From an uncultured Polyangiales bacterium (lineage in GTDB: Bacteria > Myxococcota_A > Polyangia > Polyangiales > DASUME01), in the NCBI GenBank assembly GCA_964515685.1, contig CAZEWA010000003.1, positions 1 to 61,758 on the forward strand: DNA of 61,758 nt, in the 5' to 3' direction. Each line of letters begins with the position of its first letter. The first letter of the stretch is position 1. A program made the position numbers and the translations under genes. Shown piece after piece: positions 8,920 through 18,334 of the stretch. The notes beneath the pieces were generated by a model. The model did no database searches, was not told the DNA's origin, and saw nothing but the letters and a program-made list of their open reading frames with translations.

Positions 8920-9784
8920 GGTTGGTCTTCGCGCTCTTTGTTGCAGGCACCCCCAGGTTTGCCGCGTACGTCTGGATGCCCACGGTGGTTCCCCCTTCGC
9001 ACGTCCAGTCGCCCTCCTGGCAGTTCCAGCCGTTGTGAGGAGTCAGTGCAGAGGTCCAATACAGACGCAGCTTGACCCCTGTCGGAGGCTTGCAGCCGTC
9101 GGCTCCATGATCGGGGACCGGGTCGTCGACCACGTAACCGACAACTTTCTTGTCGAAGGTCACTCCGCGGCAATAGAGCTTCGCCGCTGCGGCCCCGCCG
9201 TTCGAGAAACCGTGGATCAGCACCTTCGTGCAGCCGTTGTCGGCGATGGCTTGAGCGATAATTTGTCGAGTTTCTGTCAGGCGATCGTCGGGGAAATACA
9301 GCCATTGACGACCGCCCCAACTCTCACCGTCGGCGTTGCCTGTGGGGGCGACGAACAAATACTCCGCCCTGGTTTGGGTGGCAAAGCCGCCTCCGCTTTT
9401 GCCGTGCAGAAAGACCACGCACTTCTGTTGGGGCCCGCTTTCAGACGCATCGCGCTCGCCCTCTGCTGCATCCGGGAGGTCGGAATCTGAACCCGCAGCG
9501 TCGCGCGAGCCCGAGTCCCGTGAGCCCGATGAGCCTGAGTCCTGTGCGCCATTTCCCTGGCCCCCATCGCGCTGGCCGTCACCTCCGGAAGCGCTATCTC
9601 CGCGAGCCGCATCTGCCTGGGCTGACCCTGAATCGGCGCGACCGTTCGCGTCGGCTTTTTGTTCGCACCCGAACTGGAGCGCGACCAGGAGGCCCGCCAG
9701 GCCAGCCAGACCAAAGCGAGGCCTGAGGCGTGTGACCGAAGAATGCGTGATATGCGGGCCGACTTTGAGCATGGGCCTGAGCAT
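8876..9784 (-). CDS. Lipoprotein alpha/beta-hydrolase (esterase/lipase-like)
   Basis: Signal peptide plus lipobox LQFGC, a long acidic G/S/D linker, then VVFLHGKSGG and the nucleophile elbow LIHGFSNGG (GxSxG). The C-terminus is Cys-rich. Confidence 0.7.
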   Translation of the reverse strand: MLRPMLKVGPHITHSSVTRLRPRFGLAGLAGLLVALQFGCEQKADANGRADSGSAQADAARGDSASGGDGQRDGGQGNGAQDSGSSGSRDSGSRDAAGSDSDLPDAAEGERDASESGPQQKCVVFLHGKSGGGFATQTRAEYLFVAPTGNADGESWGGRQWLYFPDDRLTETRQIIAQAIADNGCTKVLIHGFSNGGAAAAKLYCRGVTFDKKVVGYVVDDPVPDHGADGCKPPTGVKLRLYWTSALTPHNGWNCQEGDWTCEGGTTVGIQTYAANLGVPATKSAKTNHEPYNDPPEYQNWW

Positions 9785-9960
9785 ACTGAAAATTGAGCGA
9801 GGGTCACGCCCAGCGATCCATCCGCGGTAGCACGCGAGGACAACCGCGAGATTCTTCGAGAAAAACTGAAGAAGGCGGTACTCGACCCGATGCCCTGGCG
9901 TGGCCCATGCGTCGGCGGTCGTGGGCTGCTTTCCTGACGCTTAGCGTCACGCCCGCATTC

Positions 9961-12900
9961 TCACAGTACGTTGCGCGGGGCGTGCACGGTGCCGAGCTCG
10001 ACATATGCGCCGCTCTCCATCACCACGAACGGCCGCTCTTCGAAGCGTAGCGTGCCTTGGCCGTCGTGGTCGATGATCTGCAGCTTGCCCATGCCGTAGC
10101 CCATCGGACCGCGGCTGTAGTAGTGTGCCTGTAGCTTGTACGGGTAGGCGCGTGCGCTCTGTTTGCCGCGGATGGTGAAACACTCAGGTCCGTAGCCGGT
10201 TGTTACGTCTGCATACAACTTGCCGCCCGATGGTAGGGTGGGCGCGCTGTAGTACGCGTGCCCTCCCTTGCTGTCGTGAATGTGGAAATCGACGTCGTTG
10301 GCATCCGTTTCCCAGTTGAGCACGAAACGCAGCGACGGCGTGTTCTCGACGCTACCCCCCGCACGTTGCAGACGCGAAAGGATGTCTTGTTGCAGCGCGG
10401 GCTCTTGTTTCATCCACACGGCTCCCGCAAGCCCGAGGTCTTCGCGCAGGATCTGCTCGACACCGCGGAAGCGACCGTCGGGATAGCGCGTCGCGACGCC
10501 GACCAAAATCGCCTCGAAGGCCTCGCGCGCCTTTTCCAGTTTGAGTAACGCGAAGCCTAGCAGGCGGTGACTCGCGGGATGGTCGGGGCGCTGCTCGACC
10601 GCCTTGCGATAGGTGTCGACCGCAAGCGTGAGCGCGGCTTGGCTTTTGACGCGCTCAAGGCGCTCGCCGGCGAAGCGACGCATGTCCGCACGACCGGGAA
10701 ACAGGTCGATGATGGAGCCGTAGGCACGCGCGGCAGACGAAAGATCTGACAGAGCCTCGAAGCACTCGCCCAATGCCACCAGTGCGAGCACGTCGCCGGC
10801 ATCGCGTGCACGCCATGCCAAAGCACGCTTGAGCGCGGCGTGCTTGTCCGTGCTCAGCAGCGCGAGCACTTGCTTGAGCTCGCCTTCGAGAGCTGGCGTT
10901 GCTGATTTCTTGGCTTCCGCGCGTGCTCCGCGCGTGGATTCGGATCTGAGAAGGCCGATGATACCTCCCTGTGGGGGAGCGGGGCGCGTGGCGGGCGCCT
11001 CGGATTCTGCAGGGGCTGCACGGTTGCGACGAGCGTCGTCTGGTCTGCCTGTGCTCGCTCGCGATGCAGCAGCGCGGCCTCCGCCGCCAGCGCCCGTGCC
11101 GTATGCGCTCAGCGCGTCACTCGGCGCATCGCTGAGCGCGTCGTACGTTTCGCTTCTCTCAGGCTGCGCGCTGTGCCGTGCGCCAGACGCTGGGGCGGCG
11201 GCAGGTACGGGGGCACTTGTCGACGCGCGTTTGGCATTGCCTGGTGTCCTCTGCGGCGGTGCGAGCGCGGCGGGGTCGCTCGGTGCAGCCACCTGCGGCG
11301 AGCCCATCTCGAGCACCACTGGCTGCGCTAGATCGAAGTCGGCGCGGTGCATGAGCGCGATGCCGCCCGCTCCGACCGTCAGGATGTCTGCCAGCGCGCG
11401 CCGCTCGATGCCGAAGCGCGCGTAGTCTTGTTCGGTCTCGAGCACCAAGAGCGAAGTGTACGGGCTGAGCACGCGGTGCTTGGTGGAGAGCTCGATCGCT
11501 TGCTTCTTGAGGGCCTCGGCTAGGTCTCGGTCATTCCCACTCACGTTGTCGCGCTGCTCGATGAGCTTGTTGATGCGCGCCTTGACCCAGGCACGCTCGA
11601 GAAGCGGACGCTCGACCGAGGAAAGCGCCCCTGCGAGCGCGAGCGGCTTGTCATCCACGGTGATCTGAAACGGTTTGTCGGCAGGCAGATCGGCATACAC
11701 CACCAGCTCGTCACCAGGCTGCACGCCATCGAGCACGCTCGGCCAGACCCAGCCTGCGCCGTCGATCGCGAGCCTGATGCCCGAGCGGGTGGCGCGCGTC
11801 AGCTTCTGCGCCAACAGTTTGGAGGGCCGCGTGGCATCGAGCACTACGCCGTCGCGCGCAAGTCCGCTGGTGACCAGGCGTGCCAGCAGTGCGTCATCGC
11901 GAATTCCGCCGACCGCCAGCACATCGAGCCGCTCGACGCCCAAGCTTGAGAGCGCCTTCACGCGCGCGCGCAGCTTGTCCGCAGAGGTCTCGCCCGCAGT
12001 GGCGACACCATCGCTCACCAAGAGCACGCGCGTATGCTTCAGCTTGGGCGGCGTGTTCACGAGATAGCCGAGTGCCCCGTCGAGGTCGGATGCACCCAGG
12101 GCGCGGCGCGCAAGCAGACCGCTGCGCACACGGTCGCCGATGTTGCTGATTTTTCCGCTGTAGATCGGCGTAACTTCCTGATCGAAACTGGCAACGGTCA
12201 CGGCCTGTACGTCCGCGCTGCGGGCAAGCTCAGATAGTAAGCCTTCGAGCGCTGAGATCTGCTCCGTTAATCCGAGCGCGCGCGATGCGCTGGTGTCGAC
12301 CAATACGAACAGCGAGGTGACCGCGTCGCGCGCTGCCGCGTCGGCAACGGGCACGATACGCGCCGCCACCAGGTTGTCGTGACGCAGACCGAGTTGCACT
12401 GTGCTGCCACTGATTGCAACCTCAAAGTCGCGGTCCGGCATGAAGTTGCGCTTGTCGACCTCGATGACTTCGTGCTGCGCACGTTGTCCGCCAAGGTTCG
12501 ACGCAGGCTGTGCGCCCAGGCTAGCCGTCTTGCTGACCAAGGCGCGAATCGATAGCGAACCGAGGTGCGGCAGGCCGCGCAAGGGCAGACGGTAAGGCTC
12601 GTCGCGCCGCGTCAGCTCCTGTGAGTAGGACACAATCAACTCTTTGGTGCTGTTGGGCGGAATCGGGAACACGCGCGCAGAGAATTCGTTGCCGGCTTCA
12701 GCCTCGAGCAGGGCAGGATCCTGACGACGATGCAAGAAGTCTTCATAGGCGACGCGCGCGGCCTGCTGCTCGACGACCTCACCTTCCTGAAATCGGTCCC
12801 CGATGCGCATCGCGAAGCGGCTGATTGTGGCTCCCGACGGCAGCGTGATGCGGAAGCGACCTTCCCGTGTGCGCGACTCGGGATTCCTGAACACCAGACG

Positions 12901-13203
12901 AAGCTCGGTGAATGCGAGCGGGTCTTCGATCACTGCGCTCGCCGTCATGGAGACGAGCTCGAGGCCCGTGCCATCCGAGGCTGTCAGGCTCACAGGAGAA
13001 GGCGTAGGCGGCAGCAGTGCGGCCGGAATCTGCGCGGGCTCCCGTGCGACAAGCAGCGGCGAAGGTGTAGTGGGAAGGCCCTGCGCCGGCATCTCGCGCG
13101 GCCACATCACCCCGGCGACGCCCAGCAGCGCCAAAAGCGGTACCGACAAACGTGTTAATACCTTCCACCGCGACTCCGAATGCCCCGCCCCGTTTTGCCT
13201 CAT
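9961..13203 (-). CDS. Secreted VIT - von Willebrand A - TPR-like - DUF2135-type giant protein
   Basis: 1080 aa. Signal peptide; VIT-like block (FTELRLVFRNPESRTREGRFRITLPSGATISRFAMRIGD); vWA MIDAS motif LFVLVDTSASRAL; a low-complexity A/P/G region; a helical-repeat region; C-terminal DVDFHIHD...YADVTTGYGPECF, typical of DUF2135. Confidence 0.85.
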   Translation of the reverse strand: MRQNGAGHSESRWKVLTRLSVPLLALLGVAGVMWPREMPAQGLPTTPSPLLVAREPAQIPAALLPPTPSPVSLTASDGTGLELVSMTASAVIEDPLAFTELRLVFRNPESRTREGRFRITLPSGATISRFAMRIGDRFQEGEVVEQQAARVAYEDFLHRRQDPALLEAEAGNEFSARVFPIPPNSTKELIVSYSQELTRRDEPYRLPLRGLPHLGSLSIRALVSKTASLGAQPASNLGGQRAQHEVIEVDKRNFMPDRDFEVAISGSTVQLGLRHDNLVAARIVPVADAAARDAVTSLFVLVDTSASRALGLTEQISALEGLLSELARSADVQAVTVASFDQEVTPIYSGKISNIGDRVRSGLLARRALGASDLDGALGYLVNTPPKLKHTRVLLVSDGVATAGETSADKLRARVKALSSLGVERLDVLAVGGIRDDALLARLVTSGLARDGVVLDATRPSKLLAQKLTRATRSGIRLAIDGAGWVWPSVLDGVQPGDELVVYADLPADKPFQITVDDKPLALAGALSSVERPLLERAWVKARINKLIEQRDNVSGNDRDLAEALKKQAIELSTKHRVLSPYTSLLVLETEQDYARFGIERRALADILTVGAGGIALMHRADFDLAQPVVLEMGSPQVAAPSDPAALAPPQRTPGNAKRASTSAPVPAAAPASGARHSAQPERSETYDALSDAPSDALSAYGTGAGGGGRAAASRASTGRPDDARRNRAAPAESEAPATRPAPPQGGIIGLLRSESTRGARAEAKKSATPALEGELKQVLALLSTDKHAALKRALAWRARDAGDVLALVALGECFEALSDLSSAARAYGSIIDLFPGRADMRRFAGERLERVKSQAALTLAVDTYRKAVEQRPDHPASHRLLGFALLKLEKAREAFEAILVGVATRYPDGRFRGVEQILREDLGLAGAVWMKQEPALQQDILSRLQRAGGSVENTPSLRFVLNWETDANDVDFHIHDSKGGHAYYSAPTLPSGGKLYADVTTGYGPECFTIRGKQSARAYPYKLQAHYYSRGPMGYGMGKLQIIDHDGQGTLRFEERPFVVMESGAYVELGTVHAPRNVL

Positions 13204-13534
13204 GGGACTTTGGACGCGCGATTCGCCGGAAGGTTCTGCGGATTTTCGGGATGCGGCTGCGATTGCGGCGCGCGAGTTGGGTGCTGCCTTACATCCTTGT
13301 GATCGGACTGTAGGTGGGTGTGGTGCAGCACCGGAGCCCGCTGCGCGCCACTGGCGGATCCTGCCAATCTACCCGGCGTTAGCTCGCCTTGCCGCTGCAT
13401 CCGCTCGACCTCGCGGAATCCGTGCTGCACACCCTCGAATAGGGACTCAACTTCAGAGGAAGCCTGACGGAGTGAGCAGTAGTGCGACAAAGCGTCAGGT
13501 GGCAATCTGCCCTGGGAGCAGGTAATGGACGCGC

Positions 13535-14995
13535 ATGACGGAAAGCAAGGTTGCCGGTCGTCTTCACATCGTGCTCGTGCCCGGATTTGGAGGCTTCGAT
13601 GCTCTCGGCCAGATAGAGTACTACGCGGGCACGACTACCGTGTTTCAAGCTTGGCGCGAGGGTTCCTCTGCATCGCCACGCGGCGTCGTGCTGCACTACT
13701 TCGACAATCTTCCTACAGCCGGGGTGCGTACGCGGGCCGGCCTCTTAAGTCGGTACCTTACCAAGCGCGTGCTGCGTGGTGAGTTTCAGAAGAACGATGA
13801 GATTGCGCTGATCGGTCATTCGACCGGTGGTCTCGACATAAGACAACTGCTTTGCGATCTGGATGAGCTCGACCGGCAAAAGCTCGAAGTGGCCGGCATC
13901 GAGGACCACGACCCCAAGCAGCGAGATAACCGCGGGCGTGATGGCGTGTCCGGCGGAGAACTTCTGAGCATGATCAAGCGCGTGGTCTTCATCTCGGTGC
14001 CGCAGCGCGGTACCAACATTGCCAATTGGGTGCGAGCTCAACCGCTGGCGCGCCAGGTAATCGTCGCTCTGGTCAAAGCCGCCGTGGACGCCTTGGATGT
14101 GCCGGTTGTGGAGCCAGCGAGCCTCATCGCCACGCGTACCATGTCTTGGCTGCGCAAGACCGAGACTGCCACTTGGATAGGCGCGATGGCCGCTGACCTT
14201 GTGATCGCCCTCGCGGACGTGAATGCCGAGATCGGTTTGCGTGGCTCGAAGAAAGCGGCGGAGGCGGCGGACGGGCGCGCCGCCCTCGCCGACCTGAATT
14301 TGTGGCTCAGCCACACGCACGCTGATTTTTTGGCCATAGACGACCTGTCGTCGACCGATCGAGACCCCAGTCTGTACGGATCGGTGGCGGATGTGGTGGG
14401 CAAACTGGCACGTCCGATCGTGCGATCGAGCGCCTCCGACGATCGCTCCGGCTGCGCGCGGGCAGACGACGCTGCAAGAAGCCGAGAAAAGGCGCTGTGG
14501 GGTGAGCGTATTCGTGTCCGGTCCTACGCCACGGTGGCCCGCAACCCCTTCCCGAAGGAGGCTCGCAACCAGCACCAGATACGCTCCGTGGCGGGGGTGC
14601 TCCTGCGCGCGGTGCGACCGCGTCCCGGCTCAGATATTACTTTCCAGTCTGCATACGCAGCATGTGCGGTAGGACCGTTCGTGGATGCGCTGCGTGAGAA
14701 TACGGCCACGTGCTTCTTCGGAAAGCATAAGCGGGTGCTCGGGGCCTTCGAGAATGACGGCATCGTCAACACCGCCTCCATGCTTTGGCCGAGCGCTGAG
14801 CATACGTATCTGATCGACGCGGACCACGGCGATATCATCGGGCACTACGCGCGCAAGCCGGCGGTGAACTCGAGGGGACGCAAGTTCGACGCCTACGACA
14901 TTTTGCAGTCGAGCTCGGGCTACGGAGGTAAGACGTTCGATGAGTCTGACTTCAACGCAGTGTGGAGCGACATCTTTACGTTCTGCGCTTCGTAG
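13535..14995 (+). CDS. Lipase/esterase-family alpha/beta hydrolase
   Basis: 486 aa. HIVLVPGFGGFDALG oxyanion-type start and nucleophile elbow IALIGHSTGGLD (GHSxG). Confidence 0.75.
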   Translation: MTESKVAGRLHIVLVPGFGGFDALGQIEYYAGTTTVFQAWREGSSASPRGVVLHYFDNLPTAGVRTRAGLLSRYLTKRVLRGEFQKNDEIALIGHSTGGLDIRQLLCDLDELDRQKLEVAGIEDHDPKQRDNRGRDGVSGGELLSMIKRVVFISVPQRGTNIANWVRAQPLARQVIVALVKAAVDALDVPVVEPASLIATRTMSWLRKTETATWIGAMAADLVIALADVNAEIGLRGSKKAAEAADGRAALADLNLWLSHTHADFLAIDDLSSTDRDPSLYGSVADVVGKLARPIVRSSASDDRSGCARADDAARSREKALWGERIRVRSYATVARNPFPKEARNQHQIRSVAGVLLRAVRPRPGSDITFQSAYAACAVGPFVDALRENTATCFFGKHKRVLGAFENDGIVNTASMLWPSAEHTYLIDADHGDIIGHYARKPAVNSRGRKFDAYDILQSSSGYGGKTFDESDFNAVWSDIFTFCAS

Positions 14996-15133
14996 GGGGC
15001 CACAGTCTCCGGCAAATCGCCTCGATGCGCATCTGAGAATCTTCGGGGACCCGGCTGTTCGTGATGGGTTCCAGGGCCGTAGCCGCTAGACTGCCGGGAG
15101 CAGTTCCTCTCCAGGCACGAAAAGGAGTCGTCC

Positions 15134-15523
15134 ATGATCGATCACACAGGTGTTGGAGTTAGCGATCCAAAGAAAAGCCGGCTGTTCTATGAGCGGGCGC
15201 TTGCTCCGCTCGGCTACAAGGTCTTGATGGAGATTCCGCTAGAGCTCACGGCTGGGAAGGTGGTGCTGGGCTTTGGAGTGCCCCCGGCTCCCGATTTTTG
15301 GATCAACGAGGGCGTTCCGCAGCAACCGCACGTGCACATCGCCTTTCGCGCCAAGAGTCCAGAAGAAGTGAATGCGTTCTACGAAGCGGCCCTTGCGGCC
15401 GGAGGTCGCGACAACGGGCCTCCTGGGCCGCGTCCGCACTACCACACGGGATACTACGGTGCGTTCGTGTTGGATCCTGACGGTCACAATGTCGAGGCCG
15501 TGTGTCACGTGGCATCTCCGTGA
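15134..15523 (+). CDS. VOC-family (glyoxalase/bleomycin-resistance/dioxygenase fold) protein
   Basis: 129 aa. MIDHTGVGVSDPKKSRLFYERALAPLGY...HIAFRA...DPDGHNVEAV. AAGGAG lies 7 nt upstream of the ATG. Confidence 0.85.
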   Translation: MIDHTGVGVSDPKKSRLFYERALAPLGYKVLMEIPLELTAGKVVLGFGVPPAPDFWINEGVPQQPHVHIAFRAKSPEEVNAFYEAALAAGGRDNGPPGPRPHYHTGYYGAFVLDPDGHNVEAVCHVASP

Positions 15524-15788
15524 GAAAAGAAGCCGATGCCTCTCGAAGCGCGGACGCCGGATACGGCGCGCGGGGTAGTGGAGACTCCTTCCCCTGTGCT
15601 GGTTTGAGGCGACGCATCGCTCGATGTGAGGGGCCAGGTCGCCGGCTTCGCCTGCGACGACAATGACGTATGCTCGCACACATGGAGAGAATGGTAGATG
15701 TTCGCCCTCGCCGCGTGCGAGGCGCGTATGCGTAGCGTTCGGAACAAACATGTTGAGATGAAGAGCGACCGATGACTAGAATTGGGAT

Positions 15789-16238
15789 GTGAATTCGCCC
15801 ATCAAGCAGACACTTCAAGACGGAAGCACACAATGGAATCTCGGGGGCAACGCCAACGTGAGCTTGAGGCGGCTTGCGCCTGGAGTGATGTACTTCGCGG
15901 CTGCAGGCAGCATTACGCAGTTCATCGACGAAGCGGCCAAGATGCTTGACGCCGAGATCGCACGCGAGGGACGCATCACCGTGTTTGCCAACCTGTACGA
16001 GACCGCGCGCATGAACACGGACGTGCGCGACGCTTGGGCTGCTTGGAGCAAGAAGACGCAGGCAAACACCATCCCTTACTGTCTCGTTCGCTCGAAGCTC
16101 ATGGAGATGGCGATGTCGCTCATCTCTATGTTCAGCGGCGCGAGTCTGCGCGTGTCTTCGAATCCGAAGGAGTTTTTGGAAGCGATGAGGCGCACGGTCC
16201 CGAACGTCAAGTTGCCCGAGATCAAGCTCGTCGCATAG
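15789..16238 (+). CDS. Hypothetical protein
   Basis: 149-aa ORF (GTG start in the track) with plausible globular composition. I recognise no motif. Confidence 0.5.
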   Translation: MNSPIKQTLQDGSTQWNLGGNANVSLRRLAPGVMYFAAAGSITQFIDEAAKMLDAEIAREGRITVFANLYETARMNTDVRDAWAAWSKKTQANTIPYCLVRSKLMEMAMSLISMFSGASLRVSSNPKEFLEAMRRTVPNVKLPEIKLVA

Positions 16239-16312
16239 CGAGCTCGAGTACAGTGCTCCGCGAACCAGGTAGTTGACGCGCTCTTGGCATGCACTTGGCT
16301 TTCTGAGTCGGC

Positions 16313-16546
16313 ATGAACACCACTCATCGCGCGGCTCTCGGGCTCGGCCTGCTCGCCTCTCTCTCGGCATGTCAGAGCGATTGCGGCGGAAGCAGCAAGC
16401 TCAGGGATAACATCGAGCGCACGGTTGGTGACTCGCCCGAGGCGCCGGGGTTGATGGGCGGATCGTCGTCCCCGCTCAAAGATGATGCTGCGGTCGAAAG
16501 AAAAATGGCGGGGGATGCAGGTCCCGTCGCGGCCCCGCCACGCTGA
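16313..16546 (+). CDS. Small putative lipoprotein
   Basis: 77 aa. Signal peptide with lipobox LSAC (MNTTHRAALGLGLLASLSACQ). Confidence 0.5.
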   Translation: MNTTHRAALGLGLLASLSACQSDCGGSSKLRDNIERTVGDSPEAPGLMGGSSSPLKDDAAVERKMAGDAGPVAAPPR

Positions 16547-16657
16547 ACCGAGGCGAGCATTTCTGCCCCGTGTGAGACCGCGCTTGCGGTTTGGCTCGAG
16601 CCACGAGAGATGACCGTGTCGCGGGCTTTGGAGCGCTCGATCCGGCTGCCCCAGCAG

Positions 16658-18334
16658 CTACGGCAAGGAAGAGTTGCTTGGCTGCTTTTTTGCGCCTTTT
16701 CGCGAAGCCTCCTCGCGCTCTCGTTTTCGCTCCTCACGCTCTCGCCGCCACATTCTACGCTTCGGAGGATCCAACCGTACGGCGAGCGCCGACGGTCTGA
16801 GCTGGGCGTAGGCCATCAGGCCGACGGGCACGCGTGTGCCGTAGTGAGGCTCGAGGTCTACATCGAGCGCGGTCAGAGAGGCGCGCACGCCGATGCCGGG
16901 TGCGAGCGAGAGCAGCGGGCGGAAGTAGTAGACGTATCCGAGTGTGATAGCGCCCGTTTGGTAGCGCTGGTCCTGGTTGGGAGCAGGGATCGCAAGCCAT
17001 CGTGCCGTGCGCTCCACGAACTCGGCGCGGCCGAACAGCGTGTTATGGCCGTCGAGGTTCCAGTTGGACTCGAGCAGCACAGAGGTGGTGGACGGACCAG
17101 GCTCTTCGAGGTTCTGGCCGATGGTCAAGGTGGTTGCCCAGTTGTCCTCGAGGCCCTCTCGTTGATTGTACATCGCTGACGCGGTCACGCGGTGCATGCC
17201 GCGTTCAGGCGTAAGTCTGTACGGTTCAGAGAAGTACGCGTAGGAGACCTGCGCGCTCCAGGCGAACGTGGGGTTGAAGGTCAGGCGCGTGGAGAACGAG
17301 TCGGGCTTGTTCAGGTCGAGATCCCAGCGCCGGTCGTCGGGCTCTCTGCCGTTGAACCAGGAGATTTCTCCCTTGTATTTGCGCCCAAAGACGCCGGCTG
17401 TGATCACGCCGCTCGCGATGCGTGGTCCGTCTTGCAAGCTGTAGCTGAGGGGAGCGAGCGGGTCAGAGAGGGCCGACACGCGGTAGGTGTAGGAGCCCGG
17501 GCCGAGCGCTGGTTCCCCAGCGAGGGCAAGGTAGAGCTGGAACGCCACGTCGTTGTGTACGGGCCGCGAGTACATCACGGCTAACTCGCTGAACACGTCG
17601 TGAGGGGACTGCCGATCGTGCACGGGACGTCCGTCGAGGGTCGCGCCGGTCTGCGCGATGAGCGGGTAGCCGTTAGGGATGGTGAGCGCCTCCCAGCTCA
17701 AGATCGCGCGCGGCATGATCTCGCCGCCCCACAGTGCGTGCCACACCATGACCATGAGCGAGTTCACGCTGGTGACACGCTTACTCCCGCGGTCGCTGTT
17801 GAACCAGTTGTAGCCCAGGAAAATATTGCCGCGGACCATGAGGCCGAACCCGCCCACCTTGGTCATCAGTCCGTACATGGGAGAGGACGCAGGCATCCAC
17901 GCCGTGCCTGAGCCCATGCGCGAGCGTGCCAGATCGAAGATGCTGGTCATCAGCTCCTCGCTCGGTGCGTGCGCCTGCGCGAAGCCGCTGGCCGCGTCTT
18001 GCATGAGCTTGGGGAGCGCTTTGACGAGTGGGCCGTGGGGGCGGTTCTCGGGGAGCTCCTCCGGCGACGCATGGGTTGTGCTCTCCGGGTGGATCTCGAA
18101 CTCGGGGGCACTCGGCTGCGGCGTGGGCGTCTTTTTTCGGCGCTCCTCGTCCTGCGCAGCTGCCACGGGGCGTAGGAGGCCCGCCAGCGCTACCAGCGAC
18201 AGGATTAGAGCGCTTCTAAACCGCTGCGCTGAGCGACCCACCCCTGGCACCCAGTTCAAGCTAACTCGTCCGAGCCTTGGTAGCACGCGTGTTGTTGCGT
18301 GATGGTCGTCTTCGGGGAGTCGCTTACGGGCCAA
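16658..18334 (-). CDS. Putative outer-membrane beta-barrel protein with a charged C-terminal tail
   Basis: 558 aa. Signal-like ALILSLVALAGLLRPVAAAQ, then alternating-hydrophobicity strands rich in G/Y/W/N (GNIFLGYNWFN, AITLGYVYYF, VGLMAYAQL). It ends in the R/E/K-rich RRMWRREREERKREREEASRKGAKK instead of a terminal aromatic residue. Confidence 0.6.
   Translation of the reverse strand: MARKRLPEDDHHATTRVLPRLGRVSLNWVPGVGRSAQRFRSALILSLVALAGLLRPVAAAQDEERRKKTPTPQPSAPEFEIHPESTTHASPEELPENRPHGPLVKALPKLMQDAASGFAQAHAPSEELMTSIFDLARSRMGSGTAWMPASSPMYGLMTKVGGFGLMVRGNIFLGYNWFNSDRGSKRVTSVNSLMVMVWHALWGGEIMPRAILSWEALTIPNGYPLIAQTGATLDGRPVHDRQSPHDVFSELAVMYSRPVHNDVAFQLYLALAGEPALGPGSYTYRVSALSDPLAPLSYSLQDGPRIASGVITAGVFGRKYKGEISWFNGREPDDRRWDLDLNKPDSFSTRLTFNPTFAWSAQVSYAYFSEPYRLTPERGMHRVTASAMYNQREGLEDNWATTLTIGQNLEEPGPSTTSVLLESNWNLDGHNTLFGRAEFVERTARWLAIPAPNQDQRYQTGAITLGYVYYFRPLLSLAPGIGVRASLTALDVDLEPHYGTRVPVGLMAYAQLRPSALAVRLDPPKRRMWRREREERKREREEASRKGAKKQPSNSSLP

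Noticed and set aside
15303-16370. Long ORFs antisense to or overlapping real genes. Examples: 15303-16370(-), 7292-8329(+), 37837-38721(+), 42273-43277(+), 46308-47501(+), 48950-49759(-), 52131-52751(+).
   Set aside because: These are typical shadow ORFs of GC-rich DNA. Their products are Arg/Ala/Gly/Pro-rich with no motifs, and they overlap ORFs with clear family signatures on the other strand or in another frame.
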